Below, one piece after another: positions 29,448 to 38,130 of a stretch of DNA of 44,366 bases; within the stretch, counting starts at the first letter, position 1, and every line of letters begins with the position of its first letter. Position numbers and translations under genes: made by a program. The notes beneath the pieces were generated by a model, which saw only the letters and a list, made by a program, of their open reading frames with translations, ran no database searches and was not told the DNA's origin. Source of the stretch: an uncultured Nitrospirales bacterium (GTDB taxonomy: Bacteria > Hydrogenedentota > Hydrogenedentia > Hydrogenedentales > GCA-2746185); the NCBI GenBank assembly GCA_964401695.1, contig CAYNZS010000004.1:1-44366 (forward strand), read 5' to 3'.

Positions 29448-29476
29448 TTTATAGCACACAACGGTATAAGTGTCAA
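29448..29476 (-). promoter_or_regulatory. Near-consensus sigma70 promoter for the giant-protein gene
   Basis: Minus strand TTGACA (29476-29471), 17-nt spacer, TATAAA (29453-29448) with an extended -10 TG, inside an AT-rich patch. Confidence 0.8.
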
Positions 29477-29826
29477 TAAAGAAGGGGTCGAAATTCCCAT
29501 AACTGCCTTAGGTTAAGGCGTTCCAAGGCGGCGGCTCGCCTTCCAGTTTTCTCACATTCCTGTAAAGAAACTACGAAATCCACCGATTCCTGCAATTCGA
29601 CCGGCTATTGGGCCGCTCTTTGGCCACCGGATGAAGGTCGCGTATCGAATCACGGTAAAGACGCGGCCGCAATCAAGAAAGGGGACATCGGTCTTGCTCG
29701 CGATTGAACCACATAATGAGGGCAGAAACCAAAAAGTTTTAGGTTGTTGCGGCCCGTTCTCGCTATGGCATCTAACGTATTGACTCACGGGTGGCGCAGC
29801 TCTTGAAAGCACGGCAAAGCGTTCGC

Positions 29827-29925
29827 CTTCTGTCATCCTGAACGAAGTGAAGGAACTCGATACGCCGGAAGTCCAATGAAATGGAGAGATACTTCGCTTC
29901 GCTCAGCATGACGGGTAAGATGGAA
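29827..29925. repeat. REP/REPIN-like palindromic element, copy 1
   Basis: GTCATCCTGAACGAAGTGAAGGAACTC...GAGATACTTCGCTTCGCTCAGCATGAC, with 27-bp imperfect inverted arms at 29832-29912. Near-identical to 33734-33830. Confidence 0.85.
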
Positions 29926-30177
29926 GCAGCATGAGGTCAATGCACCAGCCCGGATATCTCACCGCTCTTCTACTGCGACGGCGAATAAGGCCGCTCGCAC
30001 GAGACTTCTCTCGATTTTCGACTTCGACGTGACGTGCCACGCTGTCGGCGGCGGCTTGTTCGAGATTCGCGCTCGCTGTTTCAATTGACGGCGTTTGGGC
30101 GGGCGCGCGATCTCGGAATGCCGGCCAACCTTTATCTCTTCCATCGACCAGAGAAACATGGGAGGCGCCGCCGCTGT

Positions 30178-30205
30178 TTGACGGCGCGGCACAAGCCGTT
30201 ATAAT
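30178..30205 (+). promoter_or_regulatory. sigma70-type promoter for oppABC
   Basis: TTGACG (30178-30183), 16 nt, TATAAT (30200-30205), 33 nt before the GTG start. Confidence 0.72.
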
Positions 30206-30238
30206 GCGGAAGATTTGCGGCCTCTGGAAAGGACTTCC

Positions 30239-31870
30239 GTGAAATTCACGATCTTGATATCGATGACGTGCGTACTGTTCGCCGTTTGCCTGGCTCTCGC
30301 CGGTTGTGGCGCGGAAACGGATTCGGACCGGATGATCATCCGAATCGGAAACGGAACGGAACCGGAGGGCCTGGATCCGCATATCGTTACAGGGGTGCCG
30401 GAGCACCATATTCTCCTTACGCTGTTCGAGGGCCTTGTCCGCGCTGACACCGGAAATCTGTCGCCGACGCCGGGAGTGGCGGAAACTTGGGAGGAATCTG
30501 AGGACAAGCTGGTGTACACGTTTCGCCTGCGCGAGGACGCCAAGTGGTCCAACGGCGAGCCGCTGACGTCGAAGGATTTTCTGTACGCCTGGGAACGGAT
30601 TCTCACACCGGCGCTCGCCAGCGAGTACGCCTATATGCTCTTCCCAATGAAGAACGCCCAGGCTTTCAACGAAGGGGCGATCGACGATTTCTCGTTGGTC
30701 GGCGCGGAGGCGCCGAACGAGCGCACAGTCAGGATTACGCTCGAAAACCCCACGCCTTATTTCCTCTCGCTTCAACTCCATTACAGTTGGTATCCGGTGC
30801 ACCAAGCGACCATCGAGAAATTCGGCGCGAAGGAGGACCGCATCTCGCGGTGGACGCGCGCGGGGAACTTGGTGGGGAACGGCCCATATGTGTTGTCCAG
30901 GTGGTCGCCGAACGAGATTATCGAAATGACGCCGAATGAGCATTATTGGGACGCGGCAAGCCTGCGAAACGACGGGATTCACTTTTATCCGATCACCGAT
31001 GGGCAGACGGAGGAACGCATGTTCCGCAACGGGGAGCTCCATATCACATCGAATGTTCCCGTTAGCAAAGTTCCCGTGTATCAGGCGGAGAATCCGGAAC
31101 AGCTGCGGATCGACCCATGGATCGGCACGTACTTTTTCCGCTTCAATACGACACGTCCGCCGTTGGATGACCCGCGCGTCCGCCGGGCCTTGGCCATGGC
31201 GCTGGACCGAGACACGCTCTGCGATCAGGTTCTGCACGCGGGAGAAATGCCCGCGCCGTTCCTAACGCCTCCGGGTATCAACGAGTACGTGCCCACAGCC
31301 AGAGTTACATACGACGTGGCCGCCGCGCGGAAATTGCTAGCCGAAGCGGGATACCCGGATGGCGAAGGCTTCCGCACCGTCGACATCCTTTACGCCACAA
31401 GAGAGAAGAACAAGACCATCGCCGAAGCCATCCAGCAAATGTGGAAGAAGGGCCTTGGCATCGATATCACCCTTTCCAATCAGGATTGGAAGGTCTATCT
31501 CTCGACAACCAGCAACAAAGTCATGGACTATGACATCGCCAGTGGCGGCTGGATTGGCGACGTGGTCGACCCGATCAATTTCTTGGAGTGTTTCATCACT
31601 GATAACGGCAACAACCGGACCGGCTGGGGCAACGCGGCCTACGACGAGTATCTCGCCAAGAGCATGGCCGTCGGCGACACCGCACAACGCAACAACCTCT
31701 TTGACCAAGCCGAAACCATCCTGATCGAAAGCATGCCCATCATCCCCATTTACCACTACACCAATCCCTTCCTCATCGACCACCGAATTCGCGGCTTCAC
31801 GTCGAACCTTCTCGGGTACTACGCGTACCACAAGGTGTATCTCGGCGACGGCGGGTCCGGCGATTCGTAA
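30239..31870 (+). CDS. oppA: Oligopeptide ABC transporter substrate-binding lipoprotein (family 5)
   Basis: Lipobox LAGC; EPEGLDPH, LFEGLV, YTFRLREDAKWSNGEPLT, DPRVRRALAMALDR, GWIGD. GTG 30239 follows AAAGGA. Confidence 0.93.
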   Translation: MKFTILISMTCVLFAVCLALAGCGAETDSDRMIIRIGNGTEPEGLDPHIVTGVPEHHILLTLFEGLVRADTGNLSPTPGVAETWEESEDKLVYTFRLREDAKWSNGEPLTSKDFLYAWERILTPALASEYAYMLFPMKNAQAFNEGAIDDFSLVGAEAPNERTVRITLENPTPYFLSLQLHYSWYPVHQATIEKFGAKEDRISRWTRAGNLVGNGPYVLSRWSPNEIIEMTPNEHYWDAASLRNDGIHFYPITDGQTEERMFRNGELHITSNVPVSKVPVYQAENPEQLRIDPWIGTYFFRFNTTRPPLDDPRVRRALAMALDRDTLCDQVLHAGEMPAPFLTPPGINEYVPTARVTYDVAAARKLLAEAGYPDGEGFRTVDILYATREKNKTIAEAIQQMWKKGLGIDITLSNQDWKVYLSTTSNKVMDYDIASGGWIGDVVDPINFLECFITDNGNNRTGWGNAAYDEYLAKSMAVGDTAQRNNLFDQAETILIESMPIIPIYHYTNPFLIDHRIRGFTSNLLGYYAYHKVYLGDGGSGDS

Positions 31871-31895
31871 TTAATCTGTGTAGCGAGTCTACGTC

Positions 31896-32813
31896 ATGCT
31901 CAAGACAATTGTACGCCGGCTGCTCGAATTCATACCGGTGCTCTTTATCATCGTCACGTTGACATTTTTCATGATCCGCCTCGCGCCGGGCGGCCCTTTC
32001 GATGACGAAAAGAGCGTCTCTCCCGAGATTCGCGAGCAACTCGAAGCGTATTACCACATGGACGTGCCACTGTACCGGCAGTATTTCGATTATCTGTCCG
32101 GCCTGGTTAGCGGCGATCTGGGGCCGTCTTTCAAGAACGCCTCTTACACCGTCAACGAAATGATCTGGACCAGTTTTCCGAATTCGCTTGAGCTGGGATT
32201 CTACGCCATGTGCGTGGCTATAACGTTCGGCCTGCTCGCCGGGATCACCGCGTCGCTCAAACCCAATACGATTCGCGACTACCTTCCGATGTCCTTCGCG
32301 ATGGTGGGTATCTGCGTCCCCAGTTTCGTGCTCGGACCCTTGCTCGTGTTAATCTTCAGCCTCCGGCTGGATTGGTTTCCCGTCGCCGGTTGGAACACGC
32401 CGGCCTCGAAGGTTCTGCCCGCGCTGACTCTTGGCGCCATGTATGCGGCGTATATAGCCCGGCTGTCGCGGGGCGGGATGCTGGAGGTTTTGTCCAACGA
32501 TTTCATCCGCACCGCGCGGGCCAAAGGTCTCGGCGAAGCCCGGGTCGTGTTGCGCCACGCTTTGCGCGGCGGCGTGGCGCCCGTTGTGTCTTTTCTCGGC
32601 CCGGCCACCGCGGGGCTTCTGAGTGGCTCGTTCGTGGTGGAGACTATCTTTCAAGTCCCTGGCCTCGGGCGGCAATTCGTAGAGTCCGCGTTCAACCGGG
32701 ACTACACGCTTGTGATGGGCACGGTTCTTTTCTACGCAACCCTCATACTTCTGTTGAACCTGCTCGTCGATCTCGTTCACACCTGGCTCGACCCGAGGCT
32801 CCGCAATGCCTGA
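31896..32813 (+). CDS. oppB: Oligopeptide ABC transporter permease
   Basis: RLAPGGPF, GDLGPSF, EAA loop DFIRTARAKGL, NRDY, LDPR. Confidence 0.95.
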   Translation: MLKTIVRRLLEFIPVLFIIVTLTFFMIRLAPGGPFDDEKSVSPEIREQLEAYYHMDVPLYRQYFDYLSGLVSGDLGPSFKNASYTVNEMIWTSFPNSLELGFYAMCVAITFGLLAGITASLKPNTIRDYLPMSFAMVGICVPSFVLGPLLVLIFSLRLDWFPVAGWNTPASKVLPALTLGAMYAAYIARLSRGGMLEVLSNDFIRTARAKGLGEARVVLRHALRGGVAPVVSFLGPATAGLLSGSFVVETIFQVPGLGRQFVESAFNRDYTLVMGTVLFYATLILLLNLLVDLVHTWLDPRLRNA

Positions 32814-33702
32814 CGCGCCCGCCGAGGAGATTGTGGAAGGAATCGTTATCGAAGAGGGCGCTTCGTTGTGGAGCGACGCGTTACGCAGGTTGGTCAAGAA
32901 CAGACTGGCGCTGTTCGGCTTGGCTACTCTGGTCGCCGTGTCTGTGGTTGCGCTGGCGACTCCATTGATCGCCCCCTATTCCTACGAAACGCAAGACCTG
33001 GACAACATCGCCCAACCGCCAAGCAGTGAGCACTGGTTGGGCACAGACCATTTGGGCCGCGATCTGCTCAGCCGGATAATGTACGGTGGCCGCGTTTCAC
33101 TCATGGTAGGCTTTGCCGCCACTGCGGTCTCTTTGCTCGTCGGCATCCTCTACGGCGCCACTTCTGGTTTCTTGGGAGGACGGCTCGATTCCTTCATGAT
33201 GCGCGGCGTCGATATCATGTACGCCGTGCCGTTCACGATATTCGTCATCATTCTTATGGTCTACTTCGGCAGAAATATTGTGCTGTTGTTCTTCGCCATC
33301 GGCGCGGTCGAGTGGTTGACCATGGCCCGCATCGTGCGCGGGCAGGTCCGCTCGCTGAAAAAGAAGGAATTCATCGAGGCGGCCGTCGCCATGGGCCTGC
33401 GGAACCGGAAGATCCTGACGCGCCATCTCATCCCTAATGCCCTGGGCCCTATCATCGTCTATGCCACGCTGACCATTCCGAATGTCATGCTGCTGGAGGC
33501 TTTTCTCAGTTTCCTCGGCCTCGGCGTACAGCCGCCTATGAGTTCCTGGGGTTCGCTGATCAAAGAGGGCCAAGAGAGGATGGAAGAATTCCCGTGGCTC
33601 CTCGTCTTCCCGAGCATCGCTTTGAGCCTGACCCTCTTCAGCCTGAATTTCCTGGGCGATGGGCTGCGCGACGCGCTGGATCCGAGAGCCTCGAAGGATT
33701 GA
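32806..33702 (+). CDS. oppC: Oligopeptide ABC transporter permease
   Basis: HWLGTDHLGRD, EFIEAAVAMG, FLGLGVQPP, GDGLRDALDP. 8-nt overlap with oppB. Confidence 0.95.
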   Translation: MPDAPAEEIVEGIVIEEGASLWSDALRRLVKNRLALFGLATLVAVSVVALATPLIAPYSYETQDLDNIAQPPSSEHWLGTDHLGRDLLSRIMYGGRVSLMVGFAATAVSLLVGILYGATSGFLGGRLDSFMMRGVDIMYAVPFTIFVIILMVYFGRNIVLLFFAIGAVEWLTMARIVRGQVRSLKKKEFIEAAVAMGLRNRKILTRHLIPNALGPIIVYATLTIPNVMLLEAFLSFLGLGVQPPMSSWGSLIKEGQERMEEFPWLLVFPSIALSLTLFSLNFLGDGLRDALDPRASKD

Positions 33703-33733
33703 GCCGCGCTCGCACGTCGCGGCAGGCGCACGT

Positions 33734-33830
33734 CTTCTGTCATCCTGAACGAAGTGAAGGATCTCGATACGACAGAATCCCAATGAAATAGAGATACTTC
33801 GCTTCGCTCAGCATGACGGATAGGATGGAA
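33734..33830. repeat. REP/REPIN-like palindromic element, copy 2 (same orientation as copy 1)
   Basis: GTCATCCTGAACGAAGTGAAGGATCTC...GAGATACTTCGCTTCGCTCAGCATGAC (33739-33817). Shares flanks CTTCT and GGRTARGATGGAA with copy 1. Confidence 0.85.
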
Positions 33831-34255
33831 AACGCACGAATCAATACGCGAGGACCGGAGTGGATTGCTTGTCGTGCCTCCTTGCAAATACAAGTTTGAG
33901 ACTTCTGTCGGTGGCCTCTCTGACGGGGATTATTGAGGGACGCTCGGCGCGAGGCCCCACCGTCCCGGGCTGTTCCGGGCTCTTGCCGGTATCGTCAACG
34001 GGCGTAGCCGGAACCAAGTTGTTTGCGGGCGTGTTCAAAAGTTACACTGCTAGAAGCTCTCCCCTAACCGGGAACCACCAGTAGGGCCGGATTCCATTGC
34101 GTATATTTCTCACGTGACCGCGTCGTATCCCGATTCCTTCGGTTCGTTCGTGTTCCCTTCCGGGATGGGGGAGGGGCGTCCACTCAGGGGCTTTCTAGTA
34201 CGATTCCATTCTTAAGATATTCAAGTCAAACCGCTTAGCGAGGGTGGGTGAAGAA

Positions 34256-35608
34256 ATGAAAAAGAAGAATCTCAGCAGCGAAGTCGTGGGGCGTCGAGAA
34301 TTTCTGACTTCGGCCGGCGCAGCTGGCGCGGGGCTGGCGTTGTCGCAGACGGCCTTGGGCCAGAGCATTAAGTCCAATCCAGACGACGTAAACATCGCGG
34401 TGGTCGGCGTCGGCGCGCAGGGGCGCGTCTTGACCGAATCGATCCTGAGGATCCCCGGCATACGCTTCAAGGCGATTTGCGATATCTGGTCGTTTAGCAA
34501 GCAATACGGTTCGGGCCTGGTCAAGAAGTTTGGGCACGAAGTTAACGTATACGAGGACTATCGAGAGATGTTGGCCCAGGAGAAGGATCTCGATGCCGTT
34601 ATCGTTGCCACGCCGGATTGGATGCATGCCGAGCACGCGAACGCTTGTATGGACGCGGGCCTGCATGTGTACTGCGAGAAGGAGATGTCGAATTCCCTCG
34701 AGAAGGCAAGAAGCATGGTGCTCACGGCCAGGGAAACGGGTAGGCTCCTCCAGATAGGACACCAGCGCCGCAGCAATCCGCGCTATATCCACGCTGTCGA
34801 TAAGCTGATCTTGGGGGAGAAGCTGCTTGGGCGTGTGACGCAGGCCTACGGCCAGTGGAACCGCGCCAAGAGCGAGGATTTGGGATGGCCAAAGAAGCAT
34901 GAAATTGATGCCGCCACGCTCAGCAAGTACGGCTACGATTCCATGAGTCAGTTCAGAAACTGGCGTTGGTATCGCAAGTACGGCGGCGGTCCCATCGTCG
35001 ATCTCGGGTCGCATCAGATTGATATTTTCAGTTGGGTCTTTAGCGTCGACCCCAAGTCAGTGATGGCCGGCGGCGGGGTCGATTATTACAAGCAGCACGA
35101 TTGGTACGACAATGTCATGGCCATCTACGAATACGAGAACGAAGAGGGTGTCGCGCGCGCTTTCTACCAGGTGCTCACCACGACGTCGCACGGCGGCTTC
35201 GGCGAAACGTTCATGGGCGAAGACGGAGCAATCGAGATCTCCGAAGTGCCTTCAAGAGGGAACGCGGCGAAACGCGAAGCGCACGCCCCGGAGGAGAAGT
35301 GGGACGAGTTGGCGCTGCAAGGCGATCTGAAGAAGCTGGTCGCTCCAATCCGGCCGAGCGCCACGAAGAATGTGGTCGTCGATGCGCGTACGAGTGTCGA
35401 ATTGGGCACGTGGCCACTACCCATCGAGTTGGTCAAGCCGGCCCACCAGCCCCACCTCGAGAACTTCTTCGATGCAATTCGCCTGGGCAAGCCACTGAAT
35501 TGTCCGGCGGAGGTCGGTTACGAGACGGCGGTAGCGGTCCTGAAGGTGAATGATGCCGTCGAAGCGGGACGGAAGCTCGATTTCGCGCCAGGGGAGTTCG
35601 AGGTTTGA
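34256..35608 (+). CDS. Tat-exported Gfo/Idh/MocA oxidoreductase
   Basis: GRREFL twin-arginine signal; IAVVGVGAQG, VIVATPDWMH, VYCEKEM, GGGPIVDLGSHQID. Confidence 0.9.
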   Translation: MKKKNLSSEVVGRREFLTSAGAAGAGLALSQTALGQSIKSNPDDVNIAVVGVGAQGRVLTESILRIPGIRFKAICDIWSFSKQYGSGLVKKFGHEVNVYEDYREMLAQEKDLDAVIVATPDWMHAEHANACMDAGLHVYCEKEMSNSLEKARSMVLTARETGRLLQIGHQRRSNPRYIHAVDKLILGEKLLGRVTQAYGQWNRAKSEDLGWPKKHEIDAATLSKYGYDSMSQFRNWRWYRKYGGGPIVDLGSHQIDIFSWVFSVDPKSVMAGGGVDYYKQHDWYDNVMAIYEYENEEGVARAFYQVLTTTSHGGFGETFMGEDGAIEISEVPSRGNAAKREAHAPEEKWDELALQGDLKKLVAPIRPSATKNVVVDARTSVELGTWPLPIELVKPAHQPHLENFFDAIRLGKPLNCPAEVGYETAVAVLKVNDAVEAGRKLDFAPGEFEV

Positions 35609-37941
35609 GGCGGGCCGCGGCAACTGCATTCGTATTGGCTATTTTTGGAGCGGCGATTGGCGCCTATGGCGAGCCGGATGAGCATGGCCACCAGTGGGAT
35701 GGAAGCCAGACGACGCCGGTTCATCGTTTGCCCCTCGTGGATGAGGAGGAGCAGCGCATTCTGCCTCATTATAGGTACGCCATGCCTTTTTCGGCACGCG
35801 AAACCTGCGGGACCTGTCACGACTACTCGACGATAGCCGGGGGCCTGCATTTTAACACTTCGACAGAAGGACCTTCGGCGGGCCGGCCCGGCGAACCGTG
35901 GGTGTGGGTGGATCCAGCGACGGGTACGCAGCTTCCCTTGTCCTATAGGGGTTGGGCGGGTGCGTGGCGTCCCAATGAGCTAGGCCTGACCGACTGGAAG
36001 TTTACGCAGATCTTCGGACGGCACCTGCCGGGTGGGGATGTTGCGGAACCCGAGGACGTCTTCTCGGACCCCGAGTCGAGATGGAACGTGTCGGGCACGG
36101 TCGAGATTAACTGTATGGGCTGCCACAACGCTGCGCCGTTGCAGGACCAAAGCGAATGGGCCATCCAGATGGCGCGGGAGAATTTTCGCTGGGCGGCAAC
36201 GGCTGCCAGCGGCCTGGGCATTGTCGGGGGAATGGCGTCGCGCTTATCGGGGGCGTGGTCAATTCACGACGGCAGGAATCCGGACGACAACGTGTTTGCC
36301 GTGCCGCCATCGGTCACCTATAACAAAGCTCAGTTTGACAGCAAGAATCGCGCATTATTGGACGTAGCGCACAAGCCGGTGGACAAGCGTTGCCTACACT
36401 GCCACTCGGCTTCGCCGGTGGACGAAGCGAAGTGGCTCACGGACGGGGATGTGCATTCGGCGGCTGGCATTGGCTGCGCGGATTGCCATCGCAATGCTCT
36501 GGACCACAATATGGTGCGCGGTTACGAGGGCGAGGAAGGTGTCGGCCCGGGCGCAAGCGAATTCACCTGTGCGGGATGCCACCTCGGCACTCCCGGCGCG
36601 GAGGGCCTCGCGGCCATGGGTGGCCGACTGGGCGCCGTGCGGCCTGAACACAAGGGCATGCCGGTTATCCATTTCGAAAAAATGAGCTGTACGTCCTGCC
36701 ACTCGGGTCCATGGCCAGAGGAGGACCCGGTTAGAATTCGCACGTCTCGCGCGAATCGCCTGGGTATTCATGGCAGGGCCCAGTGGTTCACGGATGCGCC
36801 CGCCATAGTTGAGCCCGTTTTCATGAAAGGGCACGATGGAATGCTGGCTCCGCACCGCATGATGTGGCCGGCCTTCTGGGGGCGCTTGAACGGCGGCGAG
36901 ATCGAGCCGCTGACGCCGGACGCTGTCGCGGCTGTGGCGGAGGGCATCCTTGACGCGGACTTCCAGATTGGGAGAGTCCTGATTGCGCTCGGCACAGGCC
37001 TGGGCGAGTACGCCATCGCGCAGAACGCGTCGGCGGACGCTGCCGATGCGTCGCCGGTTGCGGCCTGGGAACCTGTGCTCCTGACGCCGGGAAAACTGTA
37101 CCGCGTCAACGTGGACGGTGGCCTGGATGTGACCGCCTATGAAGGCGGAATTGCCGTCGAGACTTCGGCCTGGGCGCGGGCGAACGATGACGAGGTCGTG
37201 CCTCTGATTCCGGACTTCGACTCTAGCGCGGAACTGCTGGATTTGGAGGTGGAGGTCTTGATTGAAGGGTTCCTCAAGGCTCTGGACTCCGATGGAGCCA
37301 CCGCCACACCGGTCGTTGTGCAGGGCAACAAGGCCTATCGCATGGACGAGTTTGGGTATGTCGAAGCTTTTGAAATGCCTGGCGCGGAGGCTGGTTCACC
37401 ACGATTGGGTTGGTGGGATGACGGCGCCCTTTCGCCTTTGGCGTCAGATTTCGCAGTGCGAACCGTGGCTGAAACGGCCGGCGGCGAAGAACCGTTAACC
37501 GAGGAGCAGGTGGGCATGGTGCTCGCGGCGCTGGCCGGCGCGGGAGAAAGGGACACCTTCGGGTATGTGTCGAGCGGACGCCTGTTCCGGCTGGACGAAC
37601 CGGAGGGGGTCGTGGCATCGGAGCACGCTTCGGCGGAACCCTACGCCTGGCCGCTGGCGCACGATGTCCGCCCCGCGGCACAGTCGCTCGGGGCCAAGTC
37701 GTGCACGGACTGCCACGCGAAGGACGCGCCCTTTTTCTTTGGCGAGGTCAGGGCCCTGGGTCCGTTGAAGACGGCGGCCGCGGTCGTCACACCCGCGCGC
37801 GCACTGCAAGGCGAGGATGCGCCGGTGTACATCTACACCAGCAAAGTTTTCAAGTGGTTTATCATCGTCACGATAGGGCTTCTCGTGCTTCACATTATTT
37901 TGGATTTGGCGCACCGCGTCCGAAGCAAGAGGACCGGTTGA
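35605..37941 (+). CDS. Membrane-anchored multiheme (7 CxxCH) cytochrome c
   Basis: CGTCH, CMGCH, CLHCH, CADCH, CAGCH, CTSCH, CTDCH; N-terminal signal peptide; C-terminal TM ending LHIILD. TTG start overlaps the upstream TGA. Confidence 0.88.
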   Translation: MRRAAATAFVLAIFGAAIGAYGEPDEHGHQWDGSQTTPVHRLPLVDEEEQRILPHYRYAMPFSARETCGTCHDYSTIAGGLHFNTSTEGPSAGRPGEPWVWVDPATGTQLPLSYRGWAGAWRPNELGLTDWKFTQIFGRHLPGGDVAEPEDVFSDPESRWNVSGTVEINCMGCHNAAPLQDQSEWAIQMARENFRWAATAASGLGIVGGMASRLSGAWSIHDGRNPDDNVFAVPPSVTYNKAQFDSKNRALLDVAHKPVDKRCLHCHSASPVDEAKWLTDGDVHSAAGIGCADCHRNALDHNMVRGYEGEEGVGPGASEFTCAGCHLGTPGAEGLAAMGGRLGAVRPEHKGMPVIHFEKMSCTSCHSGPWPEEDPVRIRTSRANRLGIHGRAQWFTDAPAIVEPVFMKGHDGMLAPHRMMWPAFWGRLNGGEIEPLTPDAVAAVAEGILDADFQIGRVLIALGTGLGEYAIAQNASADAADASPVAAWEPVLLTPGKLYRVNVDGGLDVTAYEGGIAVETSAWARANDDEVVPLIPDFDSSAELLDLEVEVLIEGFLKALDSDGATATPVVVQGNKAYRMDEFGYVEAFEMPGAEAGSPRLGWWDDGALSPLASDFAVRTVAETAGGEEPLTEEQVGMVLAALAGAGERDTFGYVSSGRLFRLDEPEGVVASEHASAEPYAWPLAHDVRPAAQSLGAKSCTDCHAKDAPFFFGEVRALGPLKTAAAVVTPARALQGEDAPVYIYTSKVFKWFIIVTIGLLVLHIILDLAHRVRSKRTG

Positions 37942-38037
37942 GTTCTTCCATGGTTTTTCTTGCGAACGTGGATCCGTTACACGGGAAATTGGGATGAAGA
38001 AGTCTGAGATTAAAGAGGCAAAGAAGAAGCGGACCGC

Positions 38038-38073
38038 GACATCCCCCTTCAATGGGGGACCAAGGGGGGTGTC
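38038..38073. repeat. GC-rich intergenic hairpin
   Basis: GACATCCCCCTT ... AAGGGGGGTGTC: 12-bp arms with one G-U pair and no U-tract. Confidence 0.5.
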
Positions 38074-38130
38074 CTCCGAGCGTTTCGGACGTCTCATGGA
38101 TTACTTCTTTAACAGGTGACGGGAGGAACG

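Noticed and set aside
29903-31237. 444-aa minus ORF, and likewise 9122..10267 (+), 10984..11970 (+) and 38715..40007 (-)
   Set aside because: Each lies antisense to a well-supported gene (oppA, gspG/F, gspE, Gfo2).
29827-33830. CRISPR array or IS element interpretation of the repeated palindrome
   Set aside because: Only two copies 3.9 kb apart, with no spacers, cas genes or transposase.
33831-34255. Riboswitch, ncRNA or small ORFs in the oppC-Gfo gap
   Set aside because: No recognisable conserved motif or convincing RBS-linked ORF by eye; an Rfam/Infernal scan would be needed.
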